This document shows, one piece after another, positions 1-12,700 of a DNA stretch of 64,000 nucleotides. The stretch lies in NCBI GenBank assembly GCA_951406725.2, contig OX597827.1:58528001-58592000 (forward strand), read 5' to 3'. The notes under the pieces are model-generated. The model made no database searches, was not told the origin of the DNA, and worked only from the letters and a program-made list of their open reading frames with translations. The stretch comes from Octopus vulgaris. Its lineage: Eukaryota. The position numbers and the translations under genes are program-made. How positions within the stretch are numbered: position 1 is the first letter of the stretch; every line of letters starts with the position of its first letter.

Positions 1-86
1 AATGCCTTTAATTAAGGCTCTGCTCAATCAGAGTTGACCTGGGACTAATTAGCTATTCTGCAGTTCAATATATCTATTAGAAATTA

Positions 87-300
87 AAGCGGCAAGCAGG
101 CAGAAGCATCAGCACACCGGGCAAAACGCTTAGCAACATTTTGTCCATCTTTATATTCTGAGTTCAAATTCTGCCAAGTTTGACTTTGCCTTTCATCCTT
201 TTGGAGTCGATGAAATAAGTACCAGTTGAGTGCTGGGGTCGATGTAATTGACTTATCCTCTCCCTGAAATTGCTGGCTTTGTGCCAAAATTTGAAACCAG
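87..300 (+). mobile_element. tRNA-type SINE family 1 (core gactttgcctttcatcctt..ggggtcgataaaataagtaccag)
   Basis: A/B-box-like head (gagttcaaatt) and a conserved core; more than 10 copies in the window. Confidence 0.85.
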
Positions 301-939
301 TATATTCATTATGATCCAGTTCAAAAGGGTAACAAGTATACCATCATTTATTCAAGGAGAACAACCATACTAAGTAGAACAAGAAAGTGTTTTTACTTTC
401 TTTTAAAACCTTTCTGTGAACCTTCTTTAAATACCTGGTCAAGCAAATGATCAGACATTAGTCAATATTCTGTTACTGTCTTTGGAATTGTGGCTATGCT
501 GGCGTACCATTTTCAAGGGCTTTAGTTGATTAAGCTTATTTGATTGCTTATTTGATTGATCTCTATTGATTGGCATATGCACCTAACATAAAGTAGCATA
601 ACATAGTCTAAGTATCTGAAGGTTCTTTTGTTTGATGCAATGATTTAATCAGATGTTTCCTTACTGTTACATGCATATATATATTATGGGCTTCCATACA
701 ATTTCTGTATTCCAAATTTCAGAAGGCTATTGCAGACATTTGCTCAAGGTGCTATGCAATAAGATTACACTTGGATCTACATGATTGTGATACACACTTC
801 TTAATCATAGAGCCAGTGTTGTTTCATTCTTGGAAATTACCTGCTGTCAGCATGGAATTATTACCCAATTTATAAAGCCTCTGTCCCATTGTTACTTTAT
901 ATTTTCTAACTGTAAACCTTTATGTTATTCAGTGGTTTA

Positions 940-1150
940 TACCAAGGGGCGCTGAAAAGTTCCTGGCTTTGGGTAAATAACATACAAGATCAGTTAATTA
1001 TGATTTTATTTAACATATTCCCCTCTCAGATTCACACACTTATTGCAGCAGTCCTTCAGTTTTTCTAAGCCCTATGAAAGAACTTGTAAAGCTGGGCCTC
1101 CAACCAAGCCCTTCATGATACCCATGAAGCCAGGAGCTTTTCATACTTGA
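940..1150. mobile_element. Tc1/mariner-type MITE; a related copy lies inverted at 25322-25530
   Basis: TIR-like GCTGAAAAGTTCCTGGCTT ... AAGCCAGGAGCTTTTCA; internal sequence shared with 25322-25530 in reverse. Confidence 0.7.
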
Positions 1151-3187
1151 GATGGACTGCTGTTAATGTTTTTTTTTTTCTTGTCAGCATCCATTTTACA
1201 CTATATGTACTATGGATAGAAATCATTTATGTCTTTAGTTCTTAGTTTTTAGTTCATACCGTTATTGATCTTATCAGTTACTTAAATCGTGTTTGTTTTT
1301 GCAAACCATATGTTGCCATATATCACACATATTCATATTAGTCTATTGTCAAAAGTATTATCTTACATGTACACAAATATGCCATACTTGTTTTTCTTGT
1401 CACATTTAATATAATATATAACCAATCAGAGGCACAGTGGTTGAATTAAGATACTGAACTGCTTTCTGACTCCCATTGTTGTGAGTTCAAATTTTGCTTA
1501 CAGCCATTGCCTTGTTTTCCCTTGGCAAAAGCACATGCTCTTGCTTGCTTCAGTCTGTTTGGACGGTAATAGCTTTCACTGCTATTTCATTACCCAGTAT
1601 TTAATGGTAGGAAGGGCATCCATCTGTAAAATTAATTACTCTGATAATAACTATAATTACATGCAAAATGTTGAAGTTTGCTCAACTTGATACCCAGTAA
1701 GTTATAGAAAAACTTGTATCAATGTATTCTGAAGATTTATGAAGTTATTGTTTCTTAGTATCTTTCCAAACATCATGCGATGAATAATAGCTACAAAAGC
1801 TAGATGTAAATTTGGCTTCATTACAAGAATTTCATAAATTTGTGTGTCCATAATTTTGGTTCAAGCCCATGTTCATTGTTGACTGTTCAATTTGCTTTGG
1901 CAAATGTTATTTGCTATTTAAACTTGCTAAAGCATGATTGTCGAAGGCTTTGAGTATATAAATACTTGTGTTGTTCCACTTTCTTTAAACCTACATAACA
2001 GGTATAGCCCATGTTTATTTTTTTGTCCTTTTTTTTCTGTTTGCTTTTGGTATATGTATATATTGCTCATTCCTGTCGCTCTCCTATGAGCAGTGGTTAT
2101 GAAAAAATTATGGATATATGTTCCTGTTCTTCTTTCTCTGAAATCAATGTGGCATTTAAACGGAAAGATTTTAATTTTGAGTATCTGGGCAGGTGATTTA
2201 GAAACAAAATGGAATTTGTAAAATACAGTTCATACTAAATCAACGAAATTTAACTGAAGTGAAACCCACTCCCTTTCAAGTCCAGTACACCGAATATTTT
2301 TGTCTATAATAAAATTACTTAATTCTTTAGCCTACAGGTTACTTTGTCAAATATATTGCTTATTTATTCACATTGTTTTGAATTAATCGTGCATTATCTT
2401 GAAATTTCGATCATGTGGTTGTATATTATTAGAATGACTTTGTAGGGTAGGTGTGAGAAGAGTAATCTGGCCAGTTTGAATATTTGGGCCAGATATGGCC
2501 GGCTTAAATATTAAATGCTTAAAATAATCAAGTTAAGGTTTATATGTTTCAAGCAAAAAGCTAATTACAAATAAATATTCAGCAAAGTAAAATTTGGATG
2601 ATATTAATTTTCAGTGGCTGAACTTGAAGCTATAAATAATAGCCTGTAAATATTGGGTTAAAAAATACCCTTTGGGCAGAAGAAGTCAAAGGCTGTCCAT
2701 GGGACTTGAACCAACATCTATAAACCTGATTGATGCAATTCTTCAAATTTCTGTATCCATTTATTCCACATTCTCTCAATGATTCTAAATTCTTATGAGA
2801 TTTAAAAAAAGAAAAATACTAGTCTGTGGCTAATAATTTTTAAATACTTTCTCTGGCAATTGTGGGAGACCAACTCCAGATATGCTGCAGATTATTCTGA
2901 CATCATCAGCAAAATATCACCTTTCCTTTCTTCTTGAACTAGTGATGACCGTGACAAAATAAAAATACAAGATTGTACCTTTATTGGTATAAGAAAATAA
3001 AATTATTGAGAAATTAGAGGGCATCTGAATGAATTTCGAAACAATTCTCTTTTTCTATACCAACAAATGTACAGTCTCGAGTGAGCTTTCTTATTTACTG
3101 GGAACATGGAAATTAATATTAGTCAGTGATTAATATTGCTTTTTATCCTCCTTTCATATTTTAACTTGCCTATTGTTTTCCCTCCAG

Positions 3188-3205
3188 ATGGCATCTCTTC
3201 TAAAT
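3188..3205 (+). CDS. DCTN1: Candidate 18-nt DCTN1 microexon MASLLN (phase 0->0)
   Basis: ttttaacttgcctattgttttccctccag|ATGGCATCTCTTCTAAAT|gtgagt; in frame with the exon at 6685. Confidence 0.55.
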
Positions 3206-4203
3206 GTGAGTAGCCATGCAGCTCCTCTATAAGAACCTGCTTTCCCCTCACCCCCTTTTCTTATACTTTAACCCCTTGTCCCCTAGACGAAAGCTGATCC
3301 CACCCTCACTCTCCTTCAAGGTTTATACTCTTGCGAGCTACATGGTGGCCTTAGTGCTAGTGCCATGATAAAATCACCCTGTACCTGTTGTAAGGTGGTT
3401 AGTATTAGAAAGGGCATCCAGCTGTAGAAACCCTTCCACAGCAGACACTGGAGCATGATGCAGTCCTTGAACCCATCAGATTCTGTCAAATTGTCCAACC
3501 CATGCCAGCATGGAACGTGGATGTTAAATGATGGTGATGATGAGGGCATCTCTGAATTACTTAAAAGCAGGCTGGTTCAAATCTCATATATATAACTTGA
3601 AAGTCTTTTATTTCAACTTATTGATAAGAGACAATTGTCAGAGTAAACCTTTGTTGTAGCTAATTGAAATGCTGCTTAGTGACTGGACTTGAAAAAAAAA
3701 GGGGCTAGTAATTTTGTTTCTATGTTTTCTTCTTGGAGAAGATACGGAAAAAGGTTGTTAGTTTCAGTTTTTTATTAACTTTGGTTTGAATATGCTCTTT
3801 ATTTATTGTATTTTGAATGTATAGAAGTTTTGTGTATTTGGTATCTGCTTTTGAACATGAAAAGACTGTTAATGTGGCAAAAATAGATGAACTGTCTCAA
3901 AACGTTTTGATACAGTTTTGTGTCTTATTTAAGCCTTGGAAACAGATCTTTGTTATTGGCCTCTCTGTTAATGTTTGAAAATGAGTGGCACTAAATCTTG
4001 AAAACTGGTAAAGCTTTTAACAAATATGTTCCTATTAAATTAATTTTTATGTGGTTACCATTTATTCAGAGCTGTCAGTAAATTATTTTACCATAAAAAA
4101 AAAATAAAAAAAATAATTTCCTTTGCCATACTTTTTCAGGTCATTTTCTCTAGTTGGAAGTAGTTGTCTAAATGCCATTTTAAAAAATTTTCTATCTCAG
4201 TTA

Positions 4204-4438
4204 ATTAATCCTTTGCCTGTCCTTTGTATCACCTGTAATACACAGGACATATTTCCCTGGCATCCATCATCAGCAAAATATTCCTATTTAAAAAAATTTT
4301 TTTTTGAACTGCCCAAGTAACTCTGAACTTATGAAAAGAAAGATTTATATTACTCAGAATGTATAAAACAAAGAATAACTAAAAAAAAACAAGTTTGGAA
4401 TAAACTTATGAAAATGCTTTGGGCAAGCAAAGGGTTAA
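4204..4438. mobile_element. TTAA MITE family C; related copy near 22926-23117
   Basis: TTAATCCTTTGCCTGTCC ... GGGCAAGCAAAGGGTTAA. Confidence 0.7.
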
Positions 4439-6684
4439 TTTTCTGTTAATTTGTGTTGATTGTATTTCAAACAGAAGTGCACAAATATTTAGGTTCTTCA
4501 TTGTGTGAGGAAACCCAAAGTCCTTTTAAATTTATCTGATTCTAGAAATGGTTGTGCATCTTGATAATTTCAGTTAAAGATAAATTAGCTCAAAAAGGAA
4601 CTGTGACAGTTTTCTCAGTAGTTATAAAGATTTCATTAACTTTCGAATTAGATCTAAAGGTAAGATCTTTCTGTTGCTACAGCTGTTGCATGATACCTTA
4701 AAAAAGGAATACATAAAATCAACTGTTGAATTTTGCAAAATTACATGACAGAATATATAATAGTATATCTCTATGATGCTTTTTATGTTATTAGTGAAAA
4801 TATTACAGGTGAAGGATTATAAAAATTGAACTCAATTGTTTGCTCTTTTTTCTTTTTTTTTTTTAATAACCCCAATAATTTTAAAAGTCCCAATAATTGG
4901 TAATTTAAAGAGTTGAATGTAACAATCAATCAAAATAATACCTATTGCTCTTTTTTTTTTTTTTTACTTTAAGTAGAAATAATTAGGCAAAAATATTAAA
5001 ATGGTACTACTATCTTATTCAGTAGTAAATATGATATTACATTTTGTCATTTGAAGACTTGAATGCTTATTTCAGAAGCATCATGAAGAAAGCATCATGT
5101 AGTGTTGGAGATGAAGATGCATCTTGCTTGACTTAAACTCCTTGCTCCAAATTTTCTGAAAAAAATCTGTCATATTGCTTAATATTCATTATGCCATCAT
5201 GGAAACACATTGTGTTGCTAAACAGTTTAGTTGAGCAGTCAATGAGTGATAACATGTTAAACAAGCCTACTCTACTGACGAGTTCAGTGTCTTTCGTTAG
5301 GTTAATGAGAGCCGGTGAAAATTTCTCTCAATGGCAGAGGCCACATTGTGACTTGAGATTTACTCTGCAACTTTCTGAATCATTTACGAAACTGTTCAAG
5401 TAAAGTGTCTGCTGATTATTCTGTGGCAGTGCATCATGGGTAATGTACTTTAAACAAATACAAACTTTATATGTTTTGTATGGGATATCTATGCAGAGTT
5501 CTTTGGATCAAATGATAGGACAGGATATGTAACATTGACATACTTTAACAAAGCTGGTATTTATGTTCACTTTCTCCAATGAGGACTTTGATAGTTTGGA
5601 AATATCTGCCATGTGGAAAAAAAAATGTCATAGTCCAAAATACCTGCTATGGTGTACTGACATTTAGATTGAAAGGCAAAGGTTCCTCATACCTGTGAAA
5701 CTAAGATATATGCATACATCAACCCTGTCATTGAGGAAACTTACAGACAACATTGTGGAAACAGTGTCACAGATTAAGAAATGGAGAACAACATTTTCAT
5801 AAGACTTGGAGGAACAAAGCTAGCACAGGAAGTTATGGCATTTCATTGAAATTCTATTGGCAACACTCACACAAGAAACAAGTCTTTATATGCCAGACTT
5901 ATGGTCAAAGATTAGACTTCAGTCTTTGCAGAAAATGCTCTTGATCCTTTTCCCCTTCTGCAGGGGCTCCATAGTCTACAAGACTTATAGATGCCATGCA
6001 CATAATACTTTGCATGTCAAGTTGCCTGATGTTTACACTGAGATCTTTCACTTCGTTTTTGTTTTTTTTTCATCATATATTCTGCTGGAGAGAAAAAATA
6101 AAAAGGAGAGACTAAGTTTCTTTACCCTTTTCAAATAATGTTCCATATTGTGAGATCTTATGAAAGTGATTCTTTATAAGTCATATATGTACTGTTTGTA
6201 TAGAATATAAAATTTTATTCTTGTTTTTTGTTGATGTTATTTTTGTTTTTGTGGTCATAGTTCTTGAAAAATATTGACTGTGACCAGTACAGGTAAAATA
6301 TTTATCATTCCTCACCTGTAATATTTTTACTAATTTAAGAAGTATTATAAAGTCATACTATTTTTAGAAAGAAAGTAGCTGTTTCCTGATTCTACTAAAT
6401 GTTGGGCAATTAATGTCTTAATTTTATCAGGCCTTGTCTATTTCATTATTAGTAATGCCGTGTTAATGAGTGTTTTGTTACTATCAATACACTAGATGAT
6501 AAATTTGGTTATATTCCAGTTTCTTTTCTTTCTCTCTTTCTCTTAAAATTTTATTTGACCATTTAGAAGATTCTTAAATGGTTTCATTAACAAGTTTTTC
6601 TATAATCTTTAAATGAACATTATCATGAATTATTTTTGTAATAATTTTAAGTGTGATTTCATTTATTTTCCTTTCTCTCTGTAG

Positions 6685-6796
6685 ATTCAAGCCGTTGACA
6701 GTCCAGAAGGAGGTTCTGACACTGCTACAACACCTACAGATGTCAAGAAGACTGCTCGCAGGTCTGGCCTCAGACCACCCAGCTTTGTTGGAAAAA
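6685..6796 (+). CDS. DCTN1: DCTN1 exon: [37 protein letters not shown] (phase 0->1)
   Basis: Acceptor ttttcctttctctctgtag, donor gtataa; resembles the post-CAP-Gly IQVFEDG exon of vertebrates; phase matches the next exon. Confidence 0.85.
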
Positions 6797-9700
6797 GTAT
6801 AATATTCTTTTATTGTTACTTCCGGTTTTTTTTTCTTTTATCTTTATTCATTCTCTTTATTTCTCTACAGTATGAGCTTGATACTCTCTGAAATTAGCTC
6901 AAATTACCTGCAACTTTTGATTTTTAGAAAACAAGCATAAACATGGTTGATAAGGAGCAGGTGTGGAAATAGGCATGAGTTGCTGTGTGGTAAGAAGTTT
7001 GCTTCCCAACCACATTGTTTCAGGTTCTGTTTCACTGTATGACACCTTGGGCAAGTGTCTTCTAACTATATCCTAGGCTAATGAAAACCTAGTGAATGAA
7101 TTTGATGGACAGAAACTGTAAAAAATTCCTTGTGTGTATGTGTGATATAGTGTAATATATGGATTCTTAGAATTGTGTGGCTATCACAGAAGGTGGACTT
7201 GGCTAACACACCACATAGTAATCCAGTACAGAGGAGTACAATGCAGAGTTCCATGCATTGAAAGTCCTGGAGATCTTATCAATTATTTTATGAGGAATAT
7301 ATAAATCATAAACACTCAGGAGGCATGAGGGAGGATGATATTTATCTACCCACTTGTCATCTTTAGGATTACAGCTGTTTCGCAGTCTTCGTCATGTAAT
7401 AATAATTTCAGTGCATAATAAATAATGTTTACATGTCTGCACTAATATGCATGCTACACATACATTACAATTGTATATTCACAGATCAGTTCATCAGAAC
7501 ATCGTGGTTACACCATGATGTTCTGGTGATCTGATGATTTGGGTAAGCTGATTACATCAATACCAGTTCCCAACTTGTACTTATTTTATTGGCTCCCCAA
7601 AAATGAAAGATCAAAGTCTACTTTGGTGGAATTTGAATTCAGAATCTAAAACCAGATGAAATGCTGCTGAGTATTTTGCCCTGCATGCTAACAATTCTGT
7701 CAGCTAGCCACCTAGACTAATAATGGTAATAATAGCAATAATGCTTTTTTCTATAAGTACAAGGCCTGAAATTTGGTGGGAAGGGTTAAGTCAATTACAT
7801 CAACCCCAGCACTCAACTGGTACTTAATTTATCAACCCTGAAAGGATGAAAGGCAAAGTCGACCTTGGTGGAATTTGAACTCTGAATATAGCCACTGAAC
7901 ATTTCATCCAGCGTGCTAACAATTCTGCCAGCTCGCTGCCTCTAGTACACAACTGGTACTTGTTTTATTGACTCCAAAAGGATGAAAAGCAAAGTCTACC
8001 TTGATGGAATTTGAACTCAGAACATAGCGATGGGTGAATTACCGCTGAGCATTTCATCCGGCATGCTAATGAATCTGCCAGCCTTACTGTCTTAACTAAG
8101 AATAATAGTAATAAAACAGAGGATAATCAGAGATAAAATCCAATTGAAATGTAGTGTACATAGAAATATCTAAGATAGGAGTAAGTGAAATGAATGCATA
8201 TTGAAAAAGAAATATAAGTCTGTTACACTTAATAATTTTGTTTATATTTTTTATATTATTTAAGCAATTCTTGTCTATTGTTTGTAGGTTCTGAAAATAT
8301 TGCTGAAGCTGCGTCACGATCAAGCTCAAAGGAAACCAGTCCATCAACCAGTATGGAGATGTCCTCCAGTTTCAGTGAGCCCTCACGAATGCAAACCTCG
8401 ATGACCACAAGTCGAGAGAGCTCTGGCATCCCATCACGCATGTCTCGAAGCCGAGAAACGACCCCGAGTGAAGAGAAAAGCTTAAGCATTACTTCCCCGA
8501 GCACCCGGACTGTTTCACAGGTGAGCTTTCTTTCTTTTTTTCCTCATAAAAATCCAGAATTGACTTCTGTTTGAAGAGATGTTTATATTTCAAGTGGATA
8601 TACCTTTCATCTTTTTTAAGTCATTGGACTGTGACCTTGTTGGGGCACCACTTCGCTGGGTTTTAGTCAAACACATCGCTCCCAGAACTTATTTTGTTAA
8701 AGTCTAGTACTTTCTCTGTCAGTTGCTTTTGCCAAACCTTTAAGTTATGGTGATGTAAACAAACCAAAACTGGTTGTCATGTGGTGAGGGACACACACAC
8801 ATATACAGTGGGCTTCTACAAAGTTTCCATTTAACAAATTCACCCAGAAGACATTGGTTGGCTTGGAGCTGTATATGTAGTAGAAGACACTTGCTCAAGA
8901 TGTTGTGCAGTGGGACTCGACCCAAAACCATGTGGTTAATTAGCTGTTTTTGTTTCCAGTAAACAATATGTCTGTTAGTTTGTCAGACATGTGAAGACTA
9001 GTGAAATAAAAGAATTATCTTAATTTTAAAACAACTATGTTTTGGCAACAGAAAGGGTGTCTGGACATAGAAAGTCTCATCCAACCCATGCCACATGGAA
9101 GAGCAGCTGGGAAAATCATGCTGATATAAATAACATGGCTCATCATCATCATCATCATTGTTCGACCGTGGTTGAGACAATGGAATTTACCATGCAACGC
9201 CAGACTTCACGGTCCATCATGGCATTACGGAGGTCCTGTTGCTGGATGCCTGTATCCCTGGAGATTACATCAGGGTAGGAGAGTGTGCGCCCTCTGATAT
9301 TGCGAGTAGATGGCTTCCAGAGGAGAAGAGTATAAATTACTTCTTTTTCAGCTCTACAACAATGTCCAGCAAACTGGACTCTCCTACCTTTCACAAGAGA
9401 TGACACAGGTGGTAGTTTCCCATATATTTGCATTTTGGTTGGATGGCACCTCCTCGAGAGATTTTGAGCTCTCATAAGGAGGCGAGTGTAGGTTCCATTC
9501 AACCGCCTCTCAAGCTTCTTTGATAACGTCCAGGTTTCTGAACCATATTGACATGGCTCATATATAGCCTACATAGACACTTTTACAGTTGCGAACTGTA
9601 AAGCGGTGAGCTTGCAGTATCATTAGCATGCTATGCAAAATGCTTAGTGGCATTTCACCTGTCTTTTGGGTCCAGAGTTCTATTTCTACCGAGGTCGACT

Positions 9701-12700
9701 TTGCCTTTCATTCTGCTGCGGGTCAATAAAATAAGTACCAGTTGAATTGAACACTGGGGTCAATCTATTTGACTTACCCCTCCCGCCAAATTGCTGGCCT
9801 TGTGCAAAAATTTGAAACGATTATTATTATTATTATTATTAAGGTGGTGAGCTGGCAGAATTGTTAGCATGCTGGACAAAATGCTTAGCATTTCACCCAT
9901 TGCTATGTTCTGAGTTCAAATTCTGCCGAGGTCGACGTTACTTTTTATCCTTCAGGGGGTCAATAATATAAGTAGCAGTTGAACACTGGGGTTGATGTAA
10001 TTGATTCATCCCCTCCCCTAAAATTGCTGCCCTTGTGGCAAAATTTGAAACCATTATTATTATTATTATTAATATCATTATTGAAACTAATTTCTGTTTT
10101 CTTTCTTTCATTACTGCCAATAAAGGCGGCAGCTGCTGATGTTACTGCCATGAGGACTATTGCTGAGGACAAGTTCTCTGTACTGCAGAAAGAGCAAGAG
10201 AATGCTGGACTGAAAGCTGAGATAAAAGATCTGAATGAAAAACTGGAGACCCTGAAGGTAAAACGTATTGAGGACAAGGCCAAGCTGAAGGAATTTGAAA
10301 AACTGAAAATTGAGATGCAGATTGTAAGTATTTTAAAGTCTCCTTTGCTGGTAGTATGGAGGTTTTTTTTTTGTTTTGTATTTTGTTTTCTTTTTAACAA
10401 GTTAGAAATATTTAACTTTGATTAATCTTCATTATTGATATCTTTATTGTCATTAATACAATCATCATTGCCTTCATCATCATCACTGCCATCACCACCA
10501 CCATCATCATCATCACATCCATCACCACCATCATTATCATCACATCCATCATCATTATCATCACATCCATCACCACCATCATTATCATCACAACCTTCAT
10601 AGCTGTCATCGTCACAGCCGTCACTGTCATCGTCACAGCCGTCACCGTCATTGTCACAGCCGTCACCGTCATTGTCACAGCCGTCACAGTCATTGTCACA
10701 GCCGTCACAGTCATTGTCACAGCCGTCACCATCATCGTCACAGCCATCATCATCATCATCACAGCCGTTACCATCATCATTACCATCAGCATCACAGCCA
10801 TCATCCTCACGGCCATTATCATCATTCTCACAGCCATCGTTATCATCACTACCATCATCATTATCATCACTACTATGAGCATCATCACTATCATTGTCTT
10901 ATTACTGCTATCACAATTACAACTATCATCAAGGTATCATCACAGCCATTTTTCTCCCCATCACTGTTACACAGCCCACAGCAGCACTGTTGCTTTACCT
11001 GCTAAGAAACAGTGAAATCCCACTGAAATCACACACTACTGTAATTTTTAAAAATGGACACCTTGGATAGTATAATCTAAAATATTTGAACTTGAAATGT
11101 AAAGTGATCCTAAGTTAAACTCTTGACTGTATATGTAATTAATGAAAGACATTACCTTTGTGCTTCAATAAATTTTGAAAATAGTGAAGAATTTGGAGGA
11201 ATTTAGTAAAATAATGGATTTAAAAGGTGCTTATGTATAATTATAATAGAATGTTTTAATTTTTTTTATATAAGCATCTTTCATGAGTGATTTTGTTACA
11301 CAGAAATAGAAGCAGCCTCAACTAGGTTCATATCAAAATGGTAAATCACTCTCCTGATCTTCCTTTCAAATGATAGTAATGAGTACATAAAATTCACAGT
11401 AAACATATACGTTATGGCTCTGAGGAAGCTATAGAATGTTGCTCAAGCACTCCGTTCTGAGTGCACAGTTTCTTATAGCAGAAACAACTCTAAGCTTATG
11501 AAACTGATTATGTATCTCCTGTTCTTTTGTCATTCATTGATTGATGTTATGATCTGTACTTTCTTGATGCTTTCCTGTGGAGTATATGTAAATTGAGTTC
11601 TAGTAACTGGTTATTTGTATCATTAGGCTTAAGTGAAATCATAAAATAAATGGAACTTAATGATGTTGATCTAGACTTTTAAGGGTCCTGAGAATTTTGT
11701 GTTTTATGTTCTTTTTGAATTGGAGGAAACCTGTAACCTACTACTTGCAATCTCTTGTAACCTATCTCTTCTGTCTTTGTAGATCTCTGAAAATAAAGTG
11801 AAAATGAAAGAAGTAAACAATGACTTAAACAGAAAGCTCCAGGCTGCAGAAAAGGTAAATTATTTTAACCCTTTAGCGTTTGAATTGCTGTGCCTAGCTC
11901 GAATATTCTGTCTGTTTTGTGTTCAAACTGGCCTTATCTGGCCTCTCATTCTTCCTCACAATCATCATTTGATGTCCATCTTCCATGCATGTATGAGTCG
12001 GATGGTTGATAGGAGCAAGCCAGGTAGAAAATTTACCCAAGGCTACTCTGTTTTGGCAGGGATTTTACGGTTGAACTCGGCAGGATTGGACAGATTCTAC
12101 AAGGCATTCAACTTCATTATGATCATCATTTTAATGTCTCCTTTTCCAAGCATGCATGGGCCATATGAGGATATTTTGGTACAGTGTTTATGAGGGTCTG
12201 ATGCCCTTCTTGTCATTAACTCCCACTTGTTTCCAGATGCAGTGATAATCTCCTAGTCTATTGAGCAACGAACAGCCTGGATGTGCTTATGTGGAGAACT
12301 GGAAACAAATGATACCAAAACTAGTCATTCTGTTTACTAAGATTGTGCAACATGTCAAGAAGCCTAGACATTCTTTTGTTGTGGACTGCAAACAAATAGC
12401 AACATCAATGAAGCCACTGTTTACAAAAGATGGATGTGTAGGCATGACATGAAGGGAGTACACAGTCACATGGACACCACGCACACACACACTCACTCAC
12501 ACACACACATGGCCACATGCACATAGATATGCACACATGGCCACACAATCCCCAACACACATACATACACACATGCATGGACACTGACACATACACATAC
12601 ATACACACATGGACGCAGACACACAGACATTGTCACTCAAACACAAACATGGTCACATGTACATATATGTATATACAATGGATTTCGTTTAGTTTGCAGT

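Noticed and set aside
5275-5400. CTGACGA...CGAAAC possible hammerhead
   Set aside because: No stem I, and stem II does not abut GAAA; probably chance.
7365-7500. Minus-strand CTGATGA...CGAAACAGCTGTA hammerhead-like motif with an adjacent small hairpin (7492-7528)
   Set aside because: Core words are present but stems I and II do not pair; at best a dead relic.
10412-10894. 160-aa Met/Val/Thr-rich ORF and the overlapping Ser/Gln/Pro ORF
   Set aside because: They are translations of a (CAT/CAC)n-derived minisatellite, with no splice or homology support.
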